Translations under genes and position numbers: made by a program
DNA from: Eledone cirrhosa
Taxonomy: Eukaryota
Reading direction: 5' to 3'
Assembly: GCA_964016885.1 (NCBI GenBank)
Contig: OZ024741.1
Coordinates: 75,206,001 to 75,270,000 of the forward strand
DNA length: 64,000 nt
The notes under the pieces: model-generated
Told to the model about the DNA's origin: nothing
Databases searched by the model: none
What the model saw: the letters and a program-made list of their open reading frames with translations, nothing else
Part shown: positions 13,693 through 25,372 of the stretch, in pieces
How positions within the stretch are numbered: position 1 is the stretch's first letter
Layout: each line of letters starts with the position of its first letter

Positions 13693-16373
13693 ATGAATAC
13701 TGATAATAAAAGCAATTCGACTTTATCAAACAGTGAACTACAGCGGCGACGGCGTGCAGCCAGGAATGAAGAAGAACGGGCCGAACAGCGCCATCGGAAC
13801 GCCGAACTTCAGAGGCGAAGACGTGCCGCCATGAATGAAGAGGAGCTGGCTGAACAACGCCAACGAAACACTGGAGCCAAACAGCGACGGCGTGCTGCGA
13901 TGGTTGAAGACGAACTGGCTGAGCATCAGCGGCAGATGGCCAGAATTCAGCAGCAACAGCGTGCTGCGATGGATGAAGAGGAGCTGGCTGAACAGCGCCA
14001 GCGCAATACAGAAGTTCAGAGAATGTGTCGCCAAAGTGCTCGTCATTCCAGTAAAGAGGCTAGAAGGCGAACGAATGATATTAAAAATGGATCATGGCAA
14101 CCGTGTCATTTTCAGATTGGTGGACGAGCAGAGTGTCCACATTGTGGAGTATTGCTTTGGAGGCACGAAAAGACGTGGATCACAATCTGCTGTCATAAAG
14201 GAACAGTTCAACTAGAACCCTTGCGAATGCCGGATGATGAGGAGTCACCGGAGTTTAAAATACTAAGTATGTGGGGTGATCAAGGAAACCGAGGTAGATT
14301 ACTGCGCAAATATTCGCGGCAAATTAACAATTCATTAGCTTTAGCATCGCAGAAAGTTAGTGAGATGTTTGAGAGTGGAGCATGGCAACCGAATGTAGTC
14401 ATTCAAGGCCGTTTGTATCATTGTATCGGTAATTTAGAAGTTACTCCAAGAGAGAGGCCTCGATTCGCTCAAATTTACGTTAACGATCCAGATTATAGTG
14501 AATCGGAGGAGGATATCAGGATCGGTTGGATGAAGTTGCCGGGAAATATAACTGAACTTGAACGGCAAAGGTTAAGTGATTTGATCCGTGATTTGCAATC
14601 ATGGCTTAGACAGTGTAATCCTTATGTTAAGGATTTCATGTTGGTGGCTGAACTGCAAAATGTTCAGCAGCAAACATTGGTGATTAAGGCTGACGCAGTG
14701 CCATGGAATCAACACGAACGGCGATATAATGTCCCTGAAGGATTTCGTGAAGTTGCTGTGTTGATGGACGATAAGCCTGGATCGAGAAATATCGTCCTCA
14801 ATCGCAGAGATGGTGGTCTCAAGACTATCAATGAGTCAATTAGGGCATACGATCCATTGCATTATGTTCTTTTATTCTCAAAAGGTGAAAATGGATGGAA
14901 CATGTCTGTTCACTTAGGTGATCATGAGAATCAGCATCAATAGGGAGGTGGCAATAGACACAATAATTCGATTCGCCACTTTTACGAGAGGAATCAACAG
15001 AGAAATGCACTATTTCAAGCCAGCAGATTGTTCCAGGAATACTGTTGTATGGCATTCGCAGCAACTTTGTGCTTTCATAGATGCTCCAGAAGGCACCGGA
15101 AAGACATTCTGTTTCAACACTATGTTATCGGCAGTCAGAGCTCAGAGGAAGATTGTTCTCCCTGTGGCCACCAGTGGGATCGCTGCCACTTTGCTGAGTG
15201 GTGGAAGGACCTTCCACTCATGCTTCAAGGCTCCATTGGCTCCGGATGAGTTGAGTGTCTGTAACATTACAGGACAAACTCGCGGGCCTTATACGCAATA
15301 CCTCTCTGATTATTTGGGACGAGGTTCCAATGGCACACAGATATTTGCTGGAGGCATTGGACAGAACTTTGAGCGATATCTGCGGTAGTGACCTGCCTTT
15401 CGGTGGTAAGACTATCGTTCTTGATGGCGATTTCAGACAGGTGCTACCAATTGTTAGGAATGCTCAAAGAGCGCAAATTGTCGATGCATGTCTGAAAAGG
15501 TCTCCGTTGTGGCGCCATTTCAGAGTTTTGCGATTACACAATAATATGCGACTTCGTATGTTCGGGAAAAACGAAGAGTCTGAGACATACGGCCGATGGT
15601 TGATGCAGTTGGGAAACGATGAATTGCCACACGTTGGTAATAATCAGACTGTAAGAATCCCAGACCATTTGGTCATGTCACTGGACCGCCAAGCATTGAT
15701 TGACTGGGTGTTCCCTAATTTGAATGCTTTTTGGCAGAATATCTCCTGGATATCGGAACGCGTTATTCTAAATCATACGAATGCAACCGTCGATGAAATA
15801 AATTCACAAGTAGCCGGAATGTTTCCTGGAGAGGAATGGTTGACCGTCAGTGCGGATGCAATGGAGCCTAATTAGCAGAACAATATGGATGTTCCGACTG
15901 AGTATCTGAATTCACTTCAAATACCCGGATTTCCCCCACATATTTTGAAGTTGAAAAAGGGTAAGCCGATTATATTGCTTAGAAATATCAATCATAAAAT
16001 GGGTCTTTGCAATGGTACCAGATTGATTGTTGAGAGATTGATTAACGGAAGAGTTTTAGAAGCTAAACTCCCAGGCAGAGAGGAATCGGTTCTCATTCCG
16101 AGGATCATGCTGAGACCAAGTGAAGATCTGCTGACATTCATTTGGCAAAGGAGACAGTTTCCCGTCAATTTGGCCTTCTCCATGACTGTCAACAAGGAAC
16201 AAGGACAGACTTTCAAGCGAGTCGGTGTCTACTTGAATGATCCAGCATTCAGCCATGGGCAACAGTATGTTGCTGCATCTCGAGTGTGCGATCCTGATGG
16301 TATAAAATTTGCAATTGATACCACTAACAGAGAAACAACCCTGAATATTGTCTATAATGAAGCTTTGAGCTGA
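13693..16373 (+). pseudogene. Helitron RepHel: STPR-like repeats, Zn finger, N-terminal region and Pif1 helicase; Rep nuclease deleted
   Basis: CPHC..CCHKG, QIYVND, YDPLHYVLLF and RLFQEYCC are followed by APEGTGKT, ATSGIAA, IIWDE, GDFRQVLP, LCNGTRL, RRQFP and FSHGQ. Several frameshifts and stops. Confidence 0.92.
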
Positions 16374-16892
16374 TGTATGCATATCTTTAATGCTATCAAT
16401 AAGCGACGTAAATGATTCGGACATTGGTTTCCTTTCATCAGTATTGTGAGCTTTGACAGAGTTATCATTTATGTTCAATGTCATTTATTGTCGATAATGA
16501 GCAATAAAAACCAACAAGTATTGGTAGAAATTGCCTTCAAATTTATCGCTTCTGAGTTTGGCAAAAAGTTTGGTGCCTATGGCCGGCCAGGGCTAGAGTA
16601 ATATTGAAAAACGATTCTATTTTCGAAGTAGAAGGATCCGCCATTTGGAGTTCAAACCAGGCCACCTCCCCGAGTTGAACTCTGGGCAATATTGACTGTC
16701 TATTACTCAGTGGCTAAGAACTGGAAATTACTGAATAAATTTTTGTGTCATATAATTTGTTGTTTTATTATTATAGCTGACCACTTATAGATAAGCATGT
16801 TATCCATATCCATATTAATTTGGCATTTGTATAAACCATTTCAAGTAAATAGGGACCTTTTTTACATTGACGGACATCTTTTATATTAATTA

Positions 16893-17232
16893 TCTATATC
16901 TATATCTACATATAATATAAAAGATTGGAACTTCCATCATCCTTTTGAGAAACGTAGAACAACCACGTCTATGCAATGATACACGTTTTACAGTCAGGCA
17001 GAAGATGAACCATCTCCTAAAGGTCACTATTCTAGGTGGGAGCACCTAGAATTGTTCATATACTATGCACAAACGGTACAACAAAGAATCTGGTATATCG
17101 GGAAGATTTCTTTTTTGTATCACACGGACACCACGGACTGTAACCAGACAAACATCCAATACAGTCATTTTCTCTTTTACCTGTCTTCTCTTATCATCTG
17201 TTTACCCGGGCGAAGCTGGGTACGTCAGCTAG
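16893..17232 (+). mobile_element. Short non-autonomous Helitron forming the 3' end of the composite
   Basis: Stacked TCTA 5' ends (16893, 16899, 16905), then TATAATATAAAA; 3' hairpin plus CTAG. Confidence 0.75.
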
Positions 17233-17399
17233 TATGAATAAATTCTGCATGAGTTGACATCCCAAAATGCAGTCAGGAAATAAAATGTATACTATACATG
17301 CATTGGCATGTTTTCAGTACTATGATAACACCCTTTCTAATCTTTGACACATATATATGTATAAATATGCATATATATATATATATACATATATATGCA

Positions 17400-17620
17400 T
17401 ATAAGACATTCCTCACTTAAAAAAGCTTCAAGTACAGGCATCGCTTGATATGTGACATTTTTTACAATGTATGATATTGCTGCTGGCCATAGGCAAGTCC
17501 TTAGAAGGACTAAAAAGCCACGTGCGTGATGCTCATGCTTAAGTATCAAGCAATGGCATTACTCAAAATCGAGTTGGAGCCATCATACATATATACGTGA
17601 GCCATCATACATATATACAT
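17400..17620 (+). mobile_element. 3' end fragment of BovB-like RTE (family D)
   Basis: Shares gctcatgctta...gcattact.aaatcgagttg..catcatac with 32835-32897. Confidence 0.5.
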
Positions 17621-18085
17621 TAAGAAGTGTGCTAAGCAGCTGCAGTGTTATATCTCTATATACATTGAGTGGGTAACTGTGCACCAATGTGTATATGAGT
17701 ATACACATTTTTGATATATAGACATGCAATCATGCCAGTAAATATAAATTTCCCTGTAAATTGTCAAAACGATATTCGATTTTCAAACCTAGTTGGGCCA
17801 CCATCAGAAGGTGTGTATATCATCCAAACAACCACAAGAAAATATGCATTTGATATAACCATTCAAGTGCTAATTATATGCAAATAGTACATCCATTTCT
17901 GAATACTACTATGAGTGAAAGATTATGTAAGCCCATGAAATACATGTTTCCTTGTGCTTGTTTAGAGGATATACACCCCTTCTGATAAAGACACAACTAG
18001 GTACGAAAATCAATTAAAGGTGTTTATCATTTTTGTCAGTTTACAGGTAAATTCATATTTTCTGGCATATTTACATGTATACATA

Positions 18086-18141
<56 letters not shown>

Positions 18142-18390
18142 ATAAAGTAAATGCATCCAGTGAAGCCCCCCCCCCCCCAGCCCACACTATAAAGTGGTCA
18201 TGCAAAAGACATGGCAAAAAGCACCCAGCACACACTGTAAAGTCGTTGGCGCTAGGAAGCGCATCCAGCCATAGAAAACCAGCCAGAAACAGTCCTATAT
18301 GAGCGAGACATGGTCACCTGACCCAACTTGTCTCTAAACAAACCCGTGGAAGATGGACGTTAAACGATGATGATGATGATGATATATATA

Positions 18391-18438
<48 letters not shown>

Positions 18439-18918
18439 CACATACATATTTATACAAGCATATATAAGAAAGGATGTTTTCTTCATAGTACTGAAAACGT
18501 TTAAACATTACCTGAATGAATACACAATACTTGTATATATATGTGTGCGTGTGTATGGTGAATCAAATCCTGCTTGCACTGGCTTTAAAAGGTAACAAAA
18601 ATAGCACAAAAAAGGGAAAATATTTAAAACAGGAAACACAAGGAAGCAACACAAAGAACAGCATTTGCTTCATCAGCTGCTTATTTGAGGTCATGCAGTT
18701 TACCATATGTATCGAGAAACCTAATTATTACATAGCCTATAATAGGCAGCTGATGAGGCAGTTATTGTTTTCTGTGCTGTTTTCTTGTTTCTGAGTTTTG
18801 TTTATTTTTCCTTGTTTGTGCTATATATTCCAACTTTGTCTGATTTACTCATTTTATTTACAATCCTTTAAAATTATAAGGAAATAGTATGGTAGAATAT
18901 TAAATGTTAAGTGTTAAT

Positions 18919-18957
18919 TGAACAAGTACTTTCATGCTTTCGCAATCTTCAGGTTCA
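18919..18957 (-). ncRNA. Type I hammerhead ribozyme (left arm)
   Basis: Reverse complement of 19567-19605. Confidence 0.7.
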
Positions 18958-19566
18958 TATTCAGTGGTGACAGTCAATTTTGCAATTTTCAACTGTAATG
19001 AGATGGCTAAAATCTGTGCATTTTAGAAATGATGAAAATACCATTTTCTAGGGTTTTTATAAAAAATCTTCAGTAATCATCAACATCAACATCACTTTTA
19101 TTATATATTATTGTTGTTGTTGTTGATAGTGGTGGTAGTCGACATGGTCGTAGGCGTAGTCATAGTAGAAGTAATACCCCTTACTTCTACTATGACTACA
19201 CCTACGACCATGTCGACTCCCACCACTAACAAGAATAACAATAATAATAATAAAAGTGATGTTGATGTTGATGATTACTAAAGATTTTTTATAAAAACCC
19301 TAGAAAATGCTATTTTCATCATTTCTAAAAATAGCAAAACAATTGATGCTTTGGATAGGGTCAAATAGAAGTCATTAGACATGCTCAACCAACTGTGACG
19401 CTTAAACCAATCAGTTTTAGTAATCTAGTGAAACCACTCACCGATTGGTCGAAATACAGTTTGCAAAACTTAGCATTCTGTAGCCCCTTTTTACTGTATA
19501 TAAGGCACAGATTTTAGCCATCTCATTACAGTTGAAAATTGCAAACTTGACTGTCACCACTGAATA

Positions 19567-19605
19567 TGAACCTGAAGATTGCGAAAGCATGAAAGTACTT
19601 GTTCA
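19567..19605 (+). ncRNA. Type I hammerhead ribozyme (right arm)
   Basis: tgaac CTGAAGA t TGC gaaa GCA t GAAA GTAC TT gttca: 5-bp stem I, GNRA-capped stem II, palindromic stem III. Confidence 0.72.
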
Positions 19606-19749
19606 ATTAACATTTAACATTTAATATTCTACCATACTATTTCATTATAATATCATTATAATTTTAAAGGATTGTAAATAAAATGAGTAAATCAGACAAA
19701 GTTGGAATTCCTTTTAATCTTCTATACACAATCATACACACCCGTGTAA

Positions 19750-19861
<112 letters not shown>

Positions 19862-20149
19862 TAGGTGGTTCAGTGAAATACTATTGTTGGTACCAAAGCA
19901 AGCACATTATGCACAGGCAGAGTGTATATAATAGGAAAAAGCAAGGAAGTTTTGTTTACTTATAAAAGATAGTTATTGTGTATTGACCTGTTACTCGTGT
20001 TTTGCAGTGAATTGGCTCAAGGTCACCCATAGGAGTTATGGATTTGACCCCATTATCGATCTACTCATTAGACTGGTGATGTGACGAAAAAAAATTTTTT
20101 TTTTGTTATATGTGTGTATGAGAAAATACAAAATGACTGTCATGCCTAA

Positions 20150-21270
20150 TGACTGACATAGCAGCCTCATTGTCAATTGCTAAAAGTCAAAGGAGATGCT
20201 CTAGGCAGGGAAATCTATCAAGGAATAAAGCTGGTTGACCAGGTCATGAAGGTCACACAATGAGTTAGCACATCTGATTAGGGATCAACTTAACCTAGAT
20301 GAGATACTGTTTGGATTTGCGCCAGGTAAAAATACCACAGATGCCCACTTACTTGCGAGGCAACTGCAGGAGAAGTACCTAGCTTCTACTTGGCTTTTGT
20401 GGACCTGGAGAAAAGTTTGACAGTCCCCCATGCCATAATCTGGTGGACTCTATGAAAACTAGGAGTAGATAAGTGACTTGTGAGGGCAGTGCAAGCCACA
20501 TATAGAGGAACAGTCAACAAACTCAATATTAACAATGACTATAGCAAAGAATTTAACATATAGGTTGGTGTCCACCAGGGCTCCGTTCTTAGCCCTCCCC
20601 TGTTTATTATCGTCCTGCATGCTGTGATGGAAAAGTTTAAGACTGGCTGCCCATGGGAACTCCTGTATGCAGATGACTTAACATTTATAGTTGAATCTAT
20701 GGCAGAATTAGAGAAGCTATTCCAAATCTGGAAGCATGACCTAGAATCAAAATGTCTTTAACCCTTTAGCGTTTAAACCAGCTGTAACTGGCCGGAATTC
20801 TCTCACCTCTTTCTATTCAAATTGGCTGTAACTGGCCACTCATACTGATGTTAAGGTATTGTCCTCAAAATAAATAATATCGAAATCTCATAGATTCGAT
20901 ATTATGTGAGATAATTATGTAAGATAAAGACTTTACCACGAAAATATAATAGTAAATATAGAGTAATGTAAATACTAAAGGGTTAAGTTAACTTGTCAAA
21001 GACTAAAGTTTTACTATGTAGAAAGGAAAACAGGGCACAAATTCCCTCTGGGAAATGGCCTTGCTCAGTGTGCAGAAAAGGAGTAGGTAGAAATTCCACC
21101 CTGTGTCCTAAATGTAAACTATGGGTACACAAGAAATATAGAGGGATCTCAGGCAGGTTAATAAAGTGGAGGAGGGTGTTCTGAAAGCATAGTAGCCAGA
21201 GTGAGAACAGGATGGAAAAAGTTCAGGGAGTTACTACCATTGCTAACTACAAACGTTTTTTCCCTTCATT
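20150..21270 (+). mobile_element. Older degenerate copy of RTE family A, interrupted by a MITE
   Basis: Homologous to 45950-47010 (AFVDLEK, HQGSVLSP, PWELLYADD, WPCSVCRKGVG), with stops. Confidence 0.85.
20762..20982. mobile_element. piggyBac-like MITE
   Basis: TTAA TSD at 20758-20761 and 20983-20986; TIRs ccctttagcgttta / taaatactaaaggg. Removing it rejoins the RTE sequence (LESK..VNLSKTKV). Confidence 0.85.
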
Positions 21271-21749
21271 TCTAGATCTACCTCCCCAATCCCCATGCAC
21301 CTCCCCCACCGAAATCCCCAATTCACACAGGAATGTGTTCATTTTGGTACCACGACAATGAGTGCCATGTCCACACTGTAAAGTGGTCATGTAGGTGTCA
21401 CAACAAAAATCGCTCAGTCCACACTGTAAAGTGGTTGTGTAGGTGTCACCATAAAAAGCAACCAGTACACACTGTAAAGTGTGTAGGTGTCATTGCAAAA
21501 ATGTCCAGTACACCAGAAGAAGGGAGGTAGGCATAGAAACCAATCTTCAATTTGGTATTCATACCAACCCTTAGTTATGGTCAAGAATCTTGGGTAATGA
21601 CTGAAAGAATACGATCATGAATACAAGTGGCTGAAATGGGGTTCCTTTGAAGGGTCCTTGGAGTAACATTACTTGATAGAGTTTGTAGTCTGTACATTAG
21701 GGAATAAGTTTCTATAGAATATTCAATTACTTAGACTACAAAATAAATT

Positions 21750-22230
21750 CACAGGTCCTTCCTTATCATGCCCTGGGTTACACTGAATATCCCTGAGAAT
21801 TATATTAAAGGTACGTTAATCAGGAACATTCAGCTACTTAGTTACAATATATATGGACTATATCTATATTTTGTTGACCAGCTTTGTCAAGTATTGTGTC
21901 ATACTGAATCTCCCTGAAGAATTATTAAGTATTCATGCGTCTATGAAATGCTCAGCTATGAAATGTATCTGTAAATCGTTGGCCAGCTTTGCCAAGTATT
22001 GTATCATACTGAATCTCCCTGATAATTATTAATTATTCATGTGTCTGTGATGGGCTGTACCTGTAATTCAAAGGCTCAGCCTTGTCACATATAGCATTAT
22101 GCTAAATCTCCCAGCAAATTAAATTAGAGGTACATGTGCCTGCAGAATTCTCAGTCATTTGTGTGTTAATTTCACAAGTAGGCTGTTCCATTGATCAAAC
22201 AACAGGATCACTCAATATTCAAACTGATGT
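21750..22230 (+). repeat. Tandem degenerate ~100-130 bp units of a SINE-body repeat (also 25020-25370, 27595-27720, 34070-34530, 62310-62470)
   Basis: Recurring cagccttgtcaca..tgtgtcat.ctgaatctccctgagaatta.attaa.ggtacatg..tgtggaatgctcagc. Confidence 0.65.
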
Positions 22231-22885
22231 GGTTGGGGTCCATTCCATTCCATTCCATTCCATTCCATTCTATAGAAAATGAAATATGAAAAGTTCATAT
22301 TATTTCATTTTTTCCCCTTCTAATTAACGAGCTTAATGAATCTTTTTATTGAAAGTTGTCATTAAATACCACCACCTTCCTAGGTTTCTTTTCTTTGTTT
22401 TCATTGCAATAGATATGTGAGAAAACCTACAACAACATAGCATATTATTTGTGTGTAATGTATATATGCTGTGTGTATTGTGCTTGGTGTGTATATGTTG
22501 TATATGATGCATATAGGCTGCATATGATGCGTATAGGCTGTGTATATGTCATGTATGATGTGTGTTACTATGATGTGTGTGTATGTATTGTATAATCTGT
22601 GTGATGTTGTCAAGAAATGTTAATATTGTCAAATGAAATAATCCATAGATTTTATTTTTTTAGCTTGAGGACATTACTACATCTACCATATAGCTACACT
22701 TTGATTTATGAGATTCCAATAACTTTCCACTTCCTAGCAAAAATATAATTAATAGAAGACACACACACCTACAAAAAAAAACTGATGGATTGTACATACA
22801 CCCTTTGTGTGTTTGTACGTGTGTGTGTGTGTGAATGTCTGAATGTGTGTGTATGTGTGAATATGTTTGTGTGGGGGGAATGTAA

Positions 22886-22951
<66 letters not shown>

Positions 22952-23559
22952 ATAAAAATGTGTGTGTGTATGTATGTACAGGGGAATGTGGGTGTATATA
23001 ACAGACTCAGAATTGTGTGACAATGAAGACATATTAATACTTTCAAAATGTCTGCTACATTCCTGGCATCTGATTAAAAATAGCCAGAGCATTATCAGTA
23101 AATAAAGGTATAATCAATGAGAAAAGTACACGTAAAACCACACTGTTGCAATGCAACCAGCCTCACAATATTATAAAAAGCCTTAGAGTGTCTAAAATTA
23201 ATTAGATGTGTTTATTTACCATACAAGTTGTTGTGATCATATTTAGGAGATTGGCAATGTTTTGTCTCCATATTGTGCAGATGCACTTCTTTTCAGAGAG
23301 AAAACCCCCAGACAAGGTCTTGATAGCAGGCAAGGAGGGGGATTTATTATTATAAAATCAGTAGATGGTCTGTCAAAATACTTTATTTACTGCTCTAAAG
23401 TAAGATTCCAGCTTTACTTCAAAGACATCCCATCTTTATAAGCCTCCTTCTTTGTTTAGATGGCAAGAGAGATTGCTCTTATTATAGATGAATCACCTTA
23501 AGCTTCCCTAGTAAAGACTATCCTAAATGTCTGGCAAAGAGATGTATGGGTATTGTTAG

Positions 23560-24726
23560 GTCTAAGCTAATTGAAAAATAATGTGGTTTTTGTTCTCAAT
23601 GTAGCATAGCCAACCAAATACTCACTCTGTGGAAGGTCTTTGGGAAATTTGAGGAGTATTGTCAAGTTGTGTATGCTTGTTTTATGGACCTCAATAAGGC
23701 ATATGACTGTTCCACAGGATTTATTGAGGAAGGTTCTACAGGAGTATGGGATCAACAGACAGCTTATTGTTGCCTTGAAGTCCCTATTCAAATGCCTTAG
23801 CATTTGTTTCAGATAAAATAGTGCTAAGTTGAAACCATTCAATGAGGTTGTTTGGCTCTGCTAAGGGTGCATAGTGTCACCTCTCCTGTACATAATCTTC
23901 ATTGACAGGCTTGACATGCGTAGCCGAGTTGAAAGTGATATCAGGACTGGTGGCTGTGGGATCAGTTGGCTAAAATTTGCAGATGAAATGGTACTAGTTA
24001 ACTTGTCTGAAAGTAATATTCAACATATACTGAATAAATTTGCAGTTGAGAGGTGTATAACAAGAATGAAAATCAGTGCTGCGAAGACATTCCTTCTGTT
24101 CAAAAAGTCTGTGCAGTGCATGTGATTGGAGTTAGACTGAAGCAGGTGGGAAAGTTCAAGTATCTTGGGACTATTTTCATGTGTGATGGAAGGCAGGAGA
24201 CTGAATAAAATGCAAGAACTGCTAGAGATGATGCAATAATGTATCAGCTTCAGCACTTGGTCATTAAAAGAAAGGAGGTAGGTTTAAGAGCCCAAATTGA
24301 TATCTTCATTCTGTTGTCTGTGTCTACCCTTACTTTTGGTCATGAATCTTGGGTAATGACCAAAAGAACAAGATCACAAATACAAGTAGTTGAAATAGGG
24401 TTCCTCTAAGGGCCTTAAGAATAACATTACTCAATAAGATGCATAGCTCAGTCCAGGGTTCGTTACAGCTAGAGCCATTACTTCTATGCATCAAGAGATC
24501 CCAATTCTCGTACAATGGACATATGGTAAGAATCTTTAAGGAAAGAATTGCTGGATAGGTTTTAGAGGCAAAATCAACCAGCCAGGGATCCAGAGGCAGA
24601 TAATGAGCAAGATGGTTGGATAACATCTAAGTTTGGTTGGTCTTTCTTAGAGATCTGGCCAGATGGAAAGAGTGACTGAATACTGCTTCTATGGCCCTCT
24701 CAAGAATAAGTGAGTGAAGAAGAAGA
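23560..24726 (+). mobile_element. Degenerate RTE-group LINE (family B)
   Basis: CFMDLNKAYDC, SPLLYII, FADE, FKYLG and YNGHMVR; ends gaagaagaaga. Confidence 0.8.
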
Positions 24727-24903
24727 GGTTGTGATTAAGCAGGATTGTTAGAACATCAAATTGAATGCTTTGCAGTATTCATATTGGCTCTATGCTCTCT
24801 GAGTTCAATACCTGCTTATACCAACTTTCTTTCCTGTTGTCCTTTTAGGGTTGATAAATGAGGTATCAATCAAGAACTGGCATTGATTTTTCCGCCCACC
24901 TAG

Positions 24904-24904
<1 letters not shown>

Positions 24905-24992
<88 letters not shown>
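24905..24992. repeat. (CA)n microsatellite
   Basis: Directly visible. Confidence 0.97.
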
Positions 24993-24993
<1 letters not shown>

Positions 24994-25372
24994 TCTCTCT
25001 CTCTCTCACTCTCTCTCTCTCAATAAGCTATGTGAAAGGATCAACAAATAAACATTCACACATACCTGTGAAATGTTCACTACAATACAAAATAAACTCT
25101 ACCTGTAAATTAAGCGCCAGCCTTGCCTCATATTGTGTTATACTGAATGTCCCTGAGAATTACATTAAGGGTACATGTATCTGTGGGATACCTAGTTACT
25201 TACACATGATAAATTGTGCTTGTAATTCAAAGGACCAGCCATGTTACCCATTGTATCAAATTGAATCTCCCTAAGACTTTACATTAAGGGTACATATGCC
25301 AGTGGAATGCCCGGCTACTTCCACTATAATATAAGATAAACTGTATCTGTTATTTAGAGGAACAGACTTTTC

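Larger units (their letters stand above)
13193..17232 (+). mobile_element. Composite Helitron, defective
   Basis: 5' A|TCTATTTATTAA at 13193, RepHel remnants, a 3' hairpin (tacccgggcgaagctgggta, 17203-17222) and CTAG|T at 17229-17233. Confidence 0.75.
18826..19708. repeat. Fold-back (inverted) non-coding element with a hammerhead in each arm; PLE inverted pLTR-like
   Basis: 18826-19174 is the reverse complement of 19181-19330 plus 19505-19708. The right arm has ~175 bp extra. Adjacent to a long (TA)n. Confidence 0.88.

Noticed and set aside
16575-16597. Hairpin plus CTAG as the Helitron 3' end
   Set aside because: CTAG is followed by A rather than T and directly abuts the hairpin; 17232 fits better.
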